Positions 22,461 through 37,400 of a stretch of DNA of 64,000 nt are shown in pieces. Each line of letters begins with the position of its first letter. Positions within the stretch are counted from its first letter, which is position 1. A program made the translations under genes and the position numbers. The notes below the pieces were generated by a model. That model saw nothing but the letters and a program-made list of their open reading frames with translations, was not told the origin of the DNA and did not search any database. Source of the DNA: Eledone cirrhosa (lineage: Eukaryota); assembly GCA_964016885.1 (NCBI GenBank), contig OZ024742.1, positions 234,670,001-234,734,000 on the forward strand, read 5' to 3'.

Positions 22461-25400
22461 CTGCAAATGGAAATGGAAAATAACTATACTATGTCTAAAT
22501 TCAAATACAGTTCACTCCAAATTGTAATATTCAGTAGCATATCTGAGGAGGTTGGGCAGTCTGACTCAAGTGACACCTTTACAGGGGCACTACTTAAGTT
22601 TGTTGTATAAGCTGTATTGAAATAAAGGTGGTGTTAATACTGGGACACTTCACAGTTGAAGGATTTTTTCAATTTCAAGTAACTTAAATGATGGTACATG
22701 TATGCAAGCAATTGTTCATTGACCAATCTGTGATAGACGGAGTAAAAAGTGAAGGGCCATAATCTTGCTAGACACCTGGTAATATTGTTTCTTTTTCAAT
22801 TAAATATCTGAAGTATGTTATTGTTAATATGATTATAATTTTTTAAACTGTTAACTTCAATCAATTTGGTATTAGTGCCAACCCTTACCTATGGTCATGT
22901 ATCTTGGATAATAACCAAGAGAATATGATTGCAAGTACAAGTGGCTGAAGGATCTTTGGAGTAATATTACTTGATAGAGCTTGGAGATCAGAGAATCATA
23001 GTTCTAATATTAGAGGCATGTGGTTGGAATATCTCAGGAAAGAATCACTGGACAGATCTTATAGGCAAAATCAACTGGCAGGAGACCCAGGAGTAGATGC
23101 CGAACAAGATGGTTGGATAACATCCATGAGCTTGGCTGGTCTCTCTTGGGGATGCAACCGGATCAATTGGAGATGGTTGATTCTGACAGGACTCGCTGGA
23201 AGGAATGTTTGAGGATTCTGCTCCAATGACTCTCAGGAATAAGTGAGTAAAGAAGAACTTTATCTTCTGAGTAGATGTAAATATAAGTACAATACTGATT
23301 TTCCAGTATCTTTGGTTCCAGACCCATGCTGGATTATCTGTTTTACAGGAATAGATAATAATTCACTAGAAACATGATGAAATTAGAAACACTCTCCTCT
23401 CCAATTATAATAATATGATGGTGCATGGTTTTTACACCTGAAAAGTCCCCCCCCCCCCAGGGTGCAAGGTGTGTTTGTGGAAGATCAACAGTCCCCCCAT
23501 GCATGCCAGTCTCCCCTCTCCACACCACTGATGAGAAAGGAATGGCCGATACTGCTTGGCACCTCATTTCTACAGCTGAGTGAACTGGAGCTACATGAAA
23601 TAAAGTGTTTTGCTCAAGAACACAATGCACCACTTGATCCAGGATTCAAACCCACAACCTTACGATTGTGAGCTCAACGTCCTAACCATGAGCCTTCACA
23701 CAAAACTCCTAATTAAATGTATTTGTCATTCAAAATAAATATTTTTAGATTTAATATCATTATCTTTTAAGTGCTTAGGACCTGAAAAGGACATAATCTG
23801 GTCCTGGATAGAACTAAATACTGGTGCTCAACCGATTTTGCCAATCACCACCCTATAAGTATGTACAAAATATGATTACTTACTTAACCCCATTGACCAT
23901 GGCACTGGTTTCTGGGAGAAGATCTGATATCAGCTGATAACATGGTAAGCAAATGAAAGAAAGGAATCCAACCTGGAATGAAATATAATATTAACCTGTC
24001 TCTCTCAAAACCTTATTAATCACATGTGCAGAATATATATTTCAAGATAAAAGGCCATATAATTTTCTTGGTGAAACCATAGACTTGAAGACGAGTGATT
24101 ATAACCTGAAATGAAATATATTAACTTGTTCCTCTCAAAATCTTAATTTATCTTTAATATCAAGGATAGGATGTTTCAAGATATAAGGCTATATTATTTG
24201 AGTGGCAAGATCATAGATTTGAAGACAGTTATGGCCTTGAGATTTTGCCCTTCTCAAACAATAGTTGAATTCAGCACTACAAATTAACAAACCACTTGTC
24301 TATTTGACAGTAGTGCTACACAGCTAGGCAGACTGGGTCATTTGAAAAGTAAGTGTCCAGGATATACCAGGCAGTGCTGACAACAGAATACAAGCTTCTG
24401 TTCTCTTGGCTAGCTGTTCCATATCTTATCCACTATGCTATCAGTGATATACATAATATACACATTCATTAATTTTTTTTTTACTGGACATGGGAGTTCT
24501 ACAATCCATCGTAATACAGGAATGACATTGAATGCTTATGTCTCGAATAGAATTAAATTGAATGACAAGATCCCACATGCTTACAGAATGGGGTGGAACT
24601 CATCAAATTGGACTAAAGAACAACGTGAAATAAAGTGTCTTGTTTGTTGTAAGGAAGCGAAGGGACCTACCTTTGCATTTCCACTGTAGTCTGAACTGAA
24701 TCTCTTTATGCAGATGTTTTACATCCGGCCAAAATAATATAGTGAAACTCACATACACAATCATAGCATTCATGAATATGCACATCCACATGTTACTGCT
24801 TCCAGACCAAAGAGGGTCCGAAAGACCCGCAAACTGCTGATGTCACATCACTGGCCCCTTGCTTCTGGCAGGACCCCCACCCCCTCTGCACTTCCAGCAC
24901 CCTAGCCCCATATTGCTGAAGGACGTAACGCTACACCCAGTCCAGGAATTGAACTTGCATCCTTACAATTCCAAATCCAATTCCTTAACCATTAAGCCAC
25001 ACGTCTTCCTTTGACATAAAGAATGTTTGTCAGATAATAATCCATCTTTTACTAAGCAGATTCCCAAGAAGTATCCCAGTCCAACAGAAATATACCCAGG
25101 AAACATTTGTCAATTGTTCAGTACAGTCAATACTAAAAACTTAAATGTAGCAAATGAAAAAAATTAATCAATTAGCATTACACCCATTGTGAAGAGAAAA
25201 AGACTTTAGCTTAATGATTATTTCTAGTGAAAACAAGTAGGAGTGATAATATCATCATCATCGTCATATTTATATCTGCTTTTCATGCTGATACGAGTTG
25301 AACGGGTTATCACTTGCTCAGCTTGCTTATTACGTTTGGTATGGTTTCTATGGCTGGATGCCCTTTCTAATGCCAACTGCCTTAGATGACTTCTACAGGA

Positions 25401-28400
25401 CTAGAACTGTTTCATCCATTTGAAGTAAGTTTGGAAAAATGGTTGTAATGGATGATGATATAAGTATATATCCAATGCAATCTGAAGTGGTAATCTAAGA
25501 AGAATCCATTAAAAAATGTGATAACAGGATATTGATTAACACACTGAAAAATCATTACTAGTTTAATGCTGAAGGTTTCTAGTTTAGTGTCACATATACT
25601 CACACATACATAGATATTAACATACTCTCACACACACATACATACAAAGCAGGAGGCATAAACTGTCACTACCAACAACAACAACAAAAATAACAACCTT
25701 TATCTCCACCACCAGCACATTCACCAGTACCAACAACAACAAACTTTATTTCAACCACCACCAACAGCAACAACTACCTCTACCACCACTAACAGCATCT
25801 ATCTCCACCAACAAGAACAACAACCTCTATTTCCACCAACAACAACCTCTATCTCCACCACCACCATCATTATATATACAATTAGCTATGCATGAGACCA
25901 ACAATAAGCAGGGGTCACACACTCAGCTTATCTACAGTGCATACAACTCAAATTATACCACTTGCCAACATCAAACATAAGGGACTAAATATGACATAAT
26001 TGTTTCTACTTTAGGCACAAGGCCAGCAATTACCCAGTACATTACTGGTACTTTATTTTATCGACCCCGTAAGGATGAAAGGCAAAGTCAACCTTGGCGG
26101 GATTTGAACTCAGATTGTAAAGGGACGTAACTATGCTGGAAAGCATGGCGTCCGACCCTCTACCGATACTGCCAATCCACCGCATCTAACCTGAGTTTCT
26201 GGTAGCTTGTTTCTTTTTTCTCGGTCCATCATTGGCATTGGTTCTGATCCGTGAGCTTTTTCTTCATCTCCCTACAAGAAATATGTTTCTTCTTACTAAG
26301 CACATATATCAGGGTTGTGGACAGGCAGAATACCACCACCAATAACAACAATTTTTATATATATCTATGCAACACAGGCAGGACGGAATAAAGAACAAAA
26401 GGACATGTCCTATGAAGAACTTTTACAGACAACTTCAGTCACTGATGAAAGAGACCTCATCATCTTGGCAGGCAACTTCATTGGACATATTGGAGAGTAC
26501 TTTCACTGGAGTTCATGGTGGCTATGAGTTGGAGAGGGAGTGAGGCTCCTGAAATTCTGTGATGCAAATGAACTAACCATTTGCAACACAAATTTCAGGA
26601 AACTAATTAGCCATCTGATCACATACCACTCAAGTGAACACAACCCAAATTGATTTTTTACTAAGACAACAAGATAGGTTAATAAATACTTAGGCCTTCC
26701 CTGGGGAAGAATGAGTTGCCCAACAGTTAGTTATTAGTGACATCGGAATAATTACAAGATAGGCATGAAAATATGTAGATGGAGGGTTTGGAAGCTAAAG
26801 GACCTTTCAGTTTAGAAAGACTCTACAGGATGCACTTGATGAGAGGGATGACGATCTAGATACATATAATGTAGAGGACAACTGGAAATTCTTACGTGAC
26901 AACTTTTTGTGAACTACTGGCAAGACTTGCAGCTTGAGTAAAATGCTAGCCAAACAGAGGGTGATCTGGTGGGGTGGAACAGCTCAGTAGATACATCCAT
27001 TAAAGCCAAGAGACAGGCATGGAAAGACTGGAAAAAATGGGTAACAAAGACCAGTACCAAATAGCTAAGAAAGAAGTTAGGCAACAGGGATATACAGCTT
27101 GGAGAGATGCTGACGAAAGTAAATTTGCCAATGTCCTGAGATGTGAGGATCAGAGGTGTGACATGTTCAGTATTGGAAGGCAGTGTGTCAGTGTGAATCG
27201 AGATGTTGTTGGGGGGAAAATGTGTTAGAAATGACGGTGATGCACTTAACACCACTGATGCTCAAAAGAAAGAGGCCTGGAAATGTTACTATGATGAATG
27301 TAGAGAATGAATAGGAGGAACAGAAATGACCCCAACTTACCAAAAGGAAAGATCAGCTACTAGGGTCAAAGAGGCAGTAAAAGAGATGAAGAATGGTAAA
27401 GCTGCGGGACCATCAGAAATAGTTACTGAGATGTTAAAAGCATCAGGAAAGGTAGCACTCAAACTAGTAACCTGTATAGTAAATATAGTAAATCAAGTAA
27501 TACATGACAGAGTCATACCCAATGACTGGCACAGCTGTACAATCATAAATTGCTACAAGAGCAAAGGTGATGTCCTAGAAAGGAACAACTATAGAGGAAT
27601 AAAACTAATGGACCAAAAGAGTTATAGCACAGCTAATTAGGAAAAGAATCAAAATAGATGAGATGTAGTTTGGTTTCATGCCTGGGAAAAATACTACAGA
27701 TGCCCTCTTCTTAGTGAGGCAACTACAAGAGAAGTTCCTAGCCAAAAATAAACCACTATATTTAGCTTTTGTTGATATAGAGAAGGCTTTTGACAGAGTA
27801 CCTTGATCTATTATTTGGTGATCCTTAAGGAAATTAGGTGTAGAAGAATGGCACGTGAATAGTTTGCAGTACTGAGCTTAGTTCCCCCATCAAAGAAAGC
27901 TACGTGAGGATATTTATCTTACATTCGTATAAAGCTAACTATTTACTAAATTTTTTTATTTTCTAAATTATGTACTTTATTTAACAAATTTCAATTGAAT
28001 TATATAATATTTGCATTAAAAAAATGAAATGTGATGTGATAGTCCCATAACACCTGATGAAGTCGTAGGGGATTTTAGGTCCAGTGAAGCCCATCCCTCT
28101 CCAGAGCTGAACACAGCAGATTTCTTCCAGAGAAGGATTGTGAGTGAAAGAGAAAAAGTAAGAAAGAGATATAGAAGAAGAATCGACTCCAGTACTAGAC
28201 TGGTACTTTTTTTTATCGACCTTGAAAGGGTGAAAAGCGAAGTTGAGCTCGGCAGGATTTGAACTCAGAGAGAAGAGAGCTGGAACGAATACTGCAAAGC
28301 ATTCTGTCCGATGTTCTAACAACTCTGCCAATTCGCTACCAACAAAGAGAAGAGAAATAAAATAGTGAAAGTAAGAGAAAGGGGAGGGAACAGCAGATTC

Positions 28401-31400
28401 TATATCAGAGATAATATACACTGGTCCTATATATTTTTGTGATTTGGCAAAGACTTTAGTTTGTAATGAGTTTGTTAATAAATTAATTACTTGAGCATAG
28501 AATTCTTCAAAAACCACTTTTACTGTTTCTTTCTGTATTTCCCACGGTTTAACACTGGCACATAAATCAGCACCTGTCATTGCTATAGATCGCAACAGTT
28601 TTCTGGAAATATAAAACATATATATAGAGTTTACACAAAACATTATCATTTTAACATAACACTTTAGAAAGCTAAAAATATAAATTTATTTCAATATTTT
28701 GATTTAACAATTCCTATTCAGGAACTGAAAACAATAAATTAGGAAAAACATTATGAAGTATAAACATATTTTTACTGATAACCATGATAGGCAAGATACA
28801 TCATCATCATTTTACATCCGCTTGGACAGGTCTTTTCCAACACAGCATCTTTCTGTGAGATTCAGATATTTGAAATCACCTCTTAGCAGCTCAGCCCAGG
28901 TTTTCCTTGGTCTCCCTCTACTGCAGCTTCTTTCCACTGAGATTTCTCATTATCCATACACATCATATGTCCATATCAATGCAGGCTTCTTTTATACCCA
29001 ACTTTTCTCTCCCCTCATTCATGCTTTGTTGTTCAAGCATATTAACATTGTTCACACTTCTATTAAAAGTTTAGCAGAAATTCTTTAACTGTTGTTCTTG
29101 GTCGCAGAAAGGATCCTTAAAGATATATATACATTGATAGGCTGCATGTTTAAGTTTCTTTGTTGAGGAAAGGATCAGAAGGCATATTTAAACTTATAAT
29201 AATGGTTTATTTTCTTCCAAACAAATTAATACAAGTTGTAGGAGAGTGAAGAGCTGCAAATTAAGGCATAGTTAAGTTGAACGATAAAAATGTAATTCTC
29301 CTAAGAAAATCCAGAATGTAGTTATGTTGTTCTTTAGGTAGGAAGAATGTTGCTGAGTCCTTGTCGAGAGGGCCAAAGTTTTTTGGTAAGTGCTACATCT
29401 TGCTAGATATTGACCAGGAATGTAATTTGTGAGATCTGGTGTCGACGAAGTGAAAAATCGCAACTGGTGGGTAGAAGTGAAAAAAAGCGCAAAGTAACTG
29501 TTGCTTGGAAGTTGTCCTCTGTATTCATACGCCGCCAATCCCTAAGGACTGGCGAGTGACAAAGCACGACCAAATTATTCCGCAGCTATGAAATAGTGCC
29601 ATTGCTTGCTACAAAAGCAATTTATGCAGCTCAATAGATTTAAAGTTGTTCCTTTATCATTGATAGTGAATGTTCAGTAAATATTAAAAAAACAACAAAG
29701 AAAATTATAATGATCAATTTTGGGAACCACAAAGTAGATGAAGAAAACCAAAACAAAACAAATCAATAAATAAGAACAAACCTGTGTTCCACATCTTCCC
29801 ATGTGAAAGCTGAATCATCAACAATTTTCCGTAGTTTATCACGATTACCAAAAAACAGAGCCAAATCTGTGGCAAGAATGCATTCCTTCATTGTCTTCAA
29901 AATCTGAGAAAAAAAAGTGGTTGTTTAATTACAAGATGTTTGTTTAATTTAGTAAAAATATTTTTTATTTAATCTATTGAAAACAATAATCACATTGTCA
30001 TAGTTTAATTGTGTGTCTGATTTTAATGTAAACCATAGATTCATAGGAGTCCTACTCGAAGTTTTACTTTTAATGCCACTATATGAAGGACAAATCATAT
30101 TAGTGATGTCCAGATTTTTCCAATCTATATCCATAGTAGTATTTCATCATCATTATATAAAATAAATAGGTAATGAGGTGTATGTTTGTTTGAATGTGTG
30201 TGAAGATATGTTTGTATATGAGTATGTTTGTGTGTGCAAGACTGAAGGTAATATGTCTCACAAGTAGGATACAATGATTTATTCATTTATTGAACTGTAA
30301 TTTGTTAGTTCAATATAGGGTCTAACACTTTATATGCTATTAAATATTCGTTACTAAAGAAATACACTGTATTTAAATCAGCTATTGAAGAACTTGGAGG
30401 AATTTACTAAATTGAGTATTTCATTAATAAGATGGAATTTGTGACGTAACTTAAAAGTAATATTATGCTGGAAGGTTTTAATTTCAATAAAATAACCCTT
30501 TAAAATTGATAGTTTAGGGCAGGTTCGTTAATGAATAATTTGCTGTTTAGTTTATAGCTTGAGTGACCCATGTACTGAAAATATAATCTCTCCATCCAGT
30601 CTTTGTAACTAAGTAGCTGATTTGTAGAAGACATGGTGCCAAATGCCTGGTATCAAATAAATAATATTCTACATACAGCTTGTACTGCAAAACATTCCCT
30701 TCATTAGTTAATATTTTATTCACAGTATAATATTACAACTAATATGGCATAACTAAATACTAACATCTTATTCTTTCTACTATTTCATTGCCACCTCTAA
30801 TAGTGATTTCTAATTTTGGCACAAAGCTAGTAATTTTAGGAGAAAGGGTGAGTCAATTCTTTTGATCATAATGGTTGACTGGTACAGACGAAGAATGAAA
30901 AGCAAAGTTGACCTTTTGTGGGATTTGATCTCAGAAAGTAAAGGCCTAAAACAAATACTGCTAAATATTTGTCTGACATTCTAACAATTCTGCCAATCTA
31001 CTGCACTCTAATAACATTGATAGATCAATTAATTGAACCACCCCAGGTTTCCTTCCCATTGTGTCAAGATGGATAACTAATAATGGCAATTTTTAATATA
31101 GACAAAAGACCAACCATTTGAGCAAGAGGGAAAAATCAATCAAATTGGTACCAGTGCTTAACTAGTACTTTATTTTAACAACTTTGGAAAGATGAACGGC
31201 AAAGTTGACCATGGCAAGATATGAAATCAGAAAGTAAAAGACCTTAACTAGATGCCTTAAAGCTTTTTATTTAATGCTCTATCGATTCTGCCATTCCACC
31301 ACTCTAGGCTCTCTAATCCATTACAACACAAACCTAAATACCTGTTAAGCACATTAAAAAAATCAGCAAAAAAAAATACAGAACAAAAGGAGCTTCAGCT

Positions 31401-34400
31401 TTAATTAACCCTTAACATCCTGTGATTTAACAGAAAATATCTTTAAAAATAGGTTTGTCAATTCAAATATTTATAGTATCCTTACTAGTGGACATGTTGT
31501 AAAAAAAACTTGCAGTATTAGAATTAAGACTTCAAATTTTAATGTGATGCAGTCATAATGCTGTTTTGTAGTTTTCAAGACTGTCTTACTAATGCAGTTT
31601 GGTGTGGTACAGGAGATTAAGAGTTAAAAATAGAAAGATAACAATATTTGAACCTCTTTATATTCTTCTGTGTTTAAATGACTGAAAATATTTTGTTTTT
31701 CATTCTGGAATTATAAGAAGAAATATATCATTGGAAAATATAAATTTTATTTACATGCATTTCCCTAGACTGAAGAAAATAACAATCGAATAGAACAAAT
31801 ATGATTCAGACACCAAGCTGTCTCTCTGAATCTATATTAAAGTTACTGATGACACTGGCTGATATATTATATGCTAATATCCTTTTATATACTGTGTATA
31901 TAAAATAGATACACCATATCTGTGCATGCTATACCATCATCATTATTATTTTTGTGTAACATCCCCAATTATTATGATGTTGATATCACATGCAGAAATA
32001 TGGTATACTGAAAGGGCATCCAACCATAGAAAACTTCCCTAGTGTTAGCACCCTACATGATAAATAATCACCCACTACACTCTGTAAAATGATTGGTGAT
32101 AGGATAGGCATCCAGTCATAGAAAACCTGTCAAACAAAGAGTCAGGAGAACTATTCAATTATGCCAATGACAAGGCAATTTCCCTAATGTTGGTGCTGTG
32201 ATAAAAGGTATATAGTAGAACACAGAGCCCCCAGCCCACCTGGAAGTCAGAGGCTCTGCTTGAATACTGAATAGCTTGTGATGACATGTTCAACTCTTGT
32301 TAGCAAGGAAAATGGATGTTAAATGATGATGATGATATGCTTACATTCTTTTATTATATTGCAAGTATTCACTTTAGAATAGGTACACCATATCCCTGCA
32401 TGCCATATCATCACCATTGTATAACATCTGCACTTATGATGATGATATGACATGCAGAAATATGGTATACCTTTTCTAAACCAAATGCCCACAATATAAT
32501 AAAATAATAGACCACATATATCAGCCATAGTAACAACGTGCACTGATTTTTCTGAAATTAGCACAGTTTCATCAGTAACCTTAAATAGACAAAAAAGGAT
32601 GGTGCTAGGAAGGGCATCTGACTGTAAAACATTGCCTCATAAAGGACTATGAAAACTATCATGGAGTCCTCAAGGTTAACTTCTGTTTTAGCAGGGAAAA
32701 TGAACTTAAAACGCTTATTGTTGTTGTGTATTCTTTTATCCTTTTACTGGTTTCAATCATTGGACTGCAGCTATACAGGGGCAAAATCTTAAATGGTTTA
32801 GTCAATGATTTCTGGCACAACTTACAAACACTAATATTATTCGTTGATTGTCACAAAACTTAAGTAAGGAATGATATAAAATAAATATAATCTAAATCAA
32901 AGTAAAAAATATATTATACACCATGGTTACCCAGGTAATCAATTAAAACTGTTGTACAATAAGAAAATGTTATTACAATAATCACATGTAACGACTTAAA
33001 TTTATTTTATATAGAAATAAAATTTGTAAACCCCCACCCTCCAATATAAAATATGTTAAATGAAATGTTGAAGAGAACAATAACGAATGCAAACCTGTAA
33101 GATGGTAACAGTTTGGTTAAAGTGGTGGTGTTCCATTGTTGAAGTCGTATATAGTGCTGCTAGTGGGGATTCTGACAATTTCATGAATTGATTGGTTTTA
33201 CCACGATGGTCAAGGTCATGGCACAAGCAGGCAATGAATAGTGCAATTCTCTGTTAGGAAATCAAAGATATTAAAATATTGCACATCTATGTATTTGTAC
33301 ACAATTACATATATATTGATATATATTTATACCTGTTATTAATTACACTCATATTACACACACACTATGTATGTTTGCCTACGTGAAAACATACACATAC
33401 ATGCATTGTACATCTGTCTATATAAGAAAATCTGTGTATATAAATACATAACTACATCTGCCTAGGAGATGGAAAACTCTACATTCAATGCCCCACTAAC
33501 TTGCGGCCAAGGTCATGGCACATGATTGCTATATACAGAACTTCAACTAAGTGTCAAACAGTCTCACTGCTTTGGGAATGCAAGGGGTAGTAGAAAGATA
33601 AGGGAAACACCCCCTACAGAAATCTCAAAGTGGAACCCTGCAGACAATTTCTTGTCAAACTATTCCACGTTTAAAATTTTCAAATCTGGACTTACAGTTT
33701 ACCAGGATTTAAAGACTCATTTTTATTTATTTATTTGTTTATTCATTCATTTATTTATTCATTTACATGTCTCTTTACGTTCTGAGTTCAAATCCTGCAG
33801 GGGCTGGCTTTGCCTTTCATCTTGGCAGGGTCGATGGGATGGGGTACCAGTGACACACTGGGGTCGATTTGATAAACTTCCCCCTCCCCCAGGATTGTTG
33901 GCATCATGCTTAATTGAGAAACCATTTTCTACAACTTAAACTCTTAGAACATACTACAGCATATGATATACACGCATTAGGTGTCTTCTCTCCCAGTTTT
34001 CAAAATCCAACATGTATATGAGTACGCCTTACCTGCACACTCTCCATCCATTCTTTTCCCCCTCTATCCCTCCACACACCAATCCTCCCATTCCTCCCAC
34101 ATCACCCTCTTCTACTTCTCCCTCACTTTATCCCTCTACACACCTACCAACCGCCCCCACACTCTCACCATTTTCAATTTTCTACCTCCACCTCCAACAC
34201 ACCTGAATTAAATGCCTGCCTCTCTTCAGCCTTCTACCCCATAAGAGGTCGACCAGTGCCACTCATGCACCATGCACAGCCTCTCTTCAGCCTTCTACCC
34301 CATAAGAGGTCGATCAGTGCCACTCATGCACCATGCACAGCCTCTCTTCAGCCTTCTACCCCACAAGAGGTCGACCAGTGCCACTCATGCACCATGCACA

Positions 34401-37400
34401 GCCTCTCTTCAGCCTTCTACCCCATAAGAGGTCGATCAGTGCCACTCATGCACCATGCACAGCCTCTCTTCAGCCTTCTACCCCACAAAAGGTCGACCAG
34501 TGCCACTCATGCACCATGCACAACAGGCACAAGACAGGGAAGAACTGTTCCAACTGTAACAGCTTCTGCCATCTCTCTTGCGTCAAACTCACATGCCGCG
34601 TGTCGGAATCCCTGCACCAGTGGCACTGCCCGCCATGCCTATCCACCCTGACACCATAGGCACCCAGCACAATGGGGATCTGAATCTGCTCGACTTGAAT
34701 GAGAAACAGGTAGTTGCAGAGAGTCATCACCAGAATCCCCAAAGCTGCTCACACTCCCGCAGCCAGAGCGCTAGCGACATCCATCGATTGAACTCTTGAC
34801 TCGGCTGAGTTCAAATATTCCTGTGGAACTCAGACAGATTTCATCAACTGACTTCTTTTATATATTTGACAGAAAAACAAGTTCATCAATGTTTCTCCTA
34901 TGATCCATGTTGCACAAGGAAAAACAAACATAGTTCATATACCTCACGGGAAGTCTCACTGGTTGATCTTGTCCAGAATGGGATATATCCATGTCCGTGA
35001 GTTCCCTACCCATCAAACCTGTGACCAGAATGTACAAACATAAAATCCCAGCGCATGCAGCAAAAAATACACGCCATTCTCCCTAACTGACTGATAGCGA
35101 AAGGGGCACACGACACTCCTGCTACTTCCCCTTATGTGACATCATTGACCCTTCTACTCCTGGCAAGGCCCTCCAGCCCCATGACACCACTAACCCATCT
35201 ACTCCTGGCAAGGCCCTCCAGCCCCATGACACCACTAACCCATCTACTCCTGGCAAGGCCCTCCAGCCCCATGACACCACTAACCCATCTACTCCTGGCA
35301 AGGCCCTCCAGCCCCATGACACCACTAACCCATCTACTTCTGGCAAGGCCCTCCAGCCCCATGACACCACAAACCCTTATACTTCCAGCAAGGCCCTCCA
35401 TCCCCATGACACCACTAACCCATCTACTTCTGGCAAGGCCCTCCAGCCCCATGACACCACAAACCCTTATACTTCCAGCAAGGCCCTCCAGCCCCATGAC
35501 ACCACTAACCCATCTACTCCTGGCAAGGCCCTCCAGCCCCATGACACCACTAACCCATCTACTCCTGGCAAGGCCCTCCAGCCCCATGACACCACTAACC
35601 CATCTACTTCTGGCAAGGCCCTCCAGCCCCATGACACCACAAACCCTTATACTTCCAGCAAGGCCCTCCAGCCCCATGACACCACTAACCCATCTACTTC
35701 TGGCAAGGCCCACAGCCCCATGACGCCACTAACCTTTATACCTCCGGCAAGGCCCCCAGCCCCACAATCCAATAAGTTATGAGTGTCTCCATATTAAAAT
35801 AAGTACCTTCCATAACAGTGACTACTGAGATAGCTGTGATCCTATCACAGCTTAAAACAGTCATAGCAAGACTTATATATGTTTATTATACAGAAACATA
35901 TCGTAATCACCTTTGTATATGCCGCTATTATAAATCATGCTATGCTAGTGCTACTCTTAATTAATCTATCTATGAGTATGTGACTGAGTTGTCTATGACA
36001 ATATTATGATAAGAATACACTAAAGTGACGTCCCATTGCCTTCCACAAACAGGACACAATAAGTACCCAAATGTTGTGATGAAGCAGCACTGTTGACATG
36101 ACAAAACATACCCAGTTTACTCTGTAAAGTGGTAGTGCAAGTTTCATGACAAAAGCATCCAGTAAAGTATTAGTTCTGGCGCCACAACAAAAGGCACCAA
36201 ATCTACCCTGTAAGGTATTATGCTGGTGCCATGAAAAATGCTTCCAGTACATGCTGAGAAGTGGTTAGCATTAAGAAGGCCATCCAGCTGTAGAAAAACA
36301 AACCCAAAATGGAACATATAAGCAAGATGTGAGCAGCTGATCAGGCTAGCCTCATAACATGACAGCCAATCTAACAAACATGGAAAATAGAATTTGACCA
36401 GTGGTGATGATGATGATAGATGGTACATATAGAGTAGTATCAGTATTATATCTAAATGATGAACTGAATATTATGTCTCTCACCATGAATAGAATGATGT
36501 ACCAGTGATAAATCACAAACCTTTTGTTTGTTAGTCACATATTTTTTTAACTTGGCCATCTATGGTTATCAAAATAATTCAATAATTACATATGCCCTTT
36601 AATTTACCTCCTTGCTTTTGAAGTCATGTGCAGATTTCTTTAAGATTGTATACATAGTTTGTGTAACAGAGAAGGCATGTGTCCAATTGTGGTAGGGGAC
36701 ATTTCGGTAGTTTTTCCGTACAGTCAGCACAAATCTGGTGAAATTATCCATATTCACCCTAAATAAATATAAAGATGAACATGATTTTTATTATGAATTA
36801 TAAAAACAACAAAAATAATAACAAGAGCAGCAACAACAACAGCTACCATGGATTATATTTTGCCAACATCACAAATAATAAGGAGCTATTGGATATGAGC
36901 CAGCTCCAGGAAAAGGAAACATGTAGACAAGGATAGAGTGGTGGGAGGTATCTTCTTGACAGAATTTTATCCAAGAAAGGCAATGAGAAAAGTGGTATAT
37001 CTCAGTTTTGCAAATAACTGGGAGGATTTCCATATGCCTTTCAAAAATAAAGTTTAAGGGGAATCTTGTTGGCATGTGGCAGGATGGATTAAGCATTGAT
37101 CAGTGCTGGGCATATGGATGCATGTGCTTGATGTTTAAGACTGTATTGCTATACATGAGCAAGAGAAATACAAGGGTTACAGTTAGAGATATTGGTGGTG
37201 GCATGGACCCATAGTTTGTTTTCACATGTCTGGCACAGTATGAGCAAATGATGAGCACAGTGAGTAGTCAGGCGTTATTTGCAGAGGTAGATCTCCAAGT
37301 AATGACGTTCCTTGAAGACCACCTGAGCAATCTGGATATATACTCTATTATGATCAAGTTGGTTTTATGAGGGTGGTGTTAAGTTAACTTTTTCTCTCTC

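Noticed and set aside
23527-23560. CTGATGA as a hammerhead core (also at ~28053)
   Set aside because: No properly placed GAAA or helices; both lie within dispersed repeats.
27981-28649. 222-aa ORF as a stand-alone gene
   Set aside because: Only 28491-28602 is a PDE exon; the rest is intron and SINE read-through.
29266-29600. CpG-rich segment with GGCA...TGCC ends as a Merlin-like MITE
   Set aside because: The inverted match is very short and no TSD is present.
34218-35765. CRISPR-like arrays or repeat-protein genes
   Set aside because: Contiguous tandem units without unique spacers in a eukaryotic intron; the ORFs arise from repeat periodicity.
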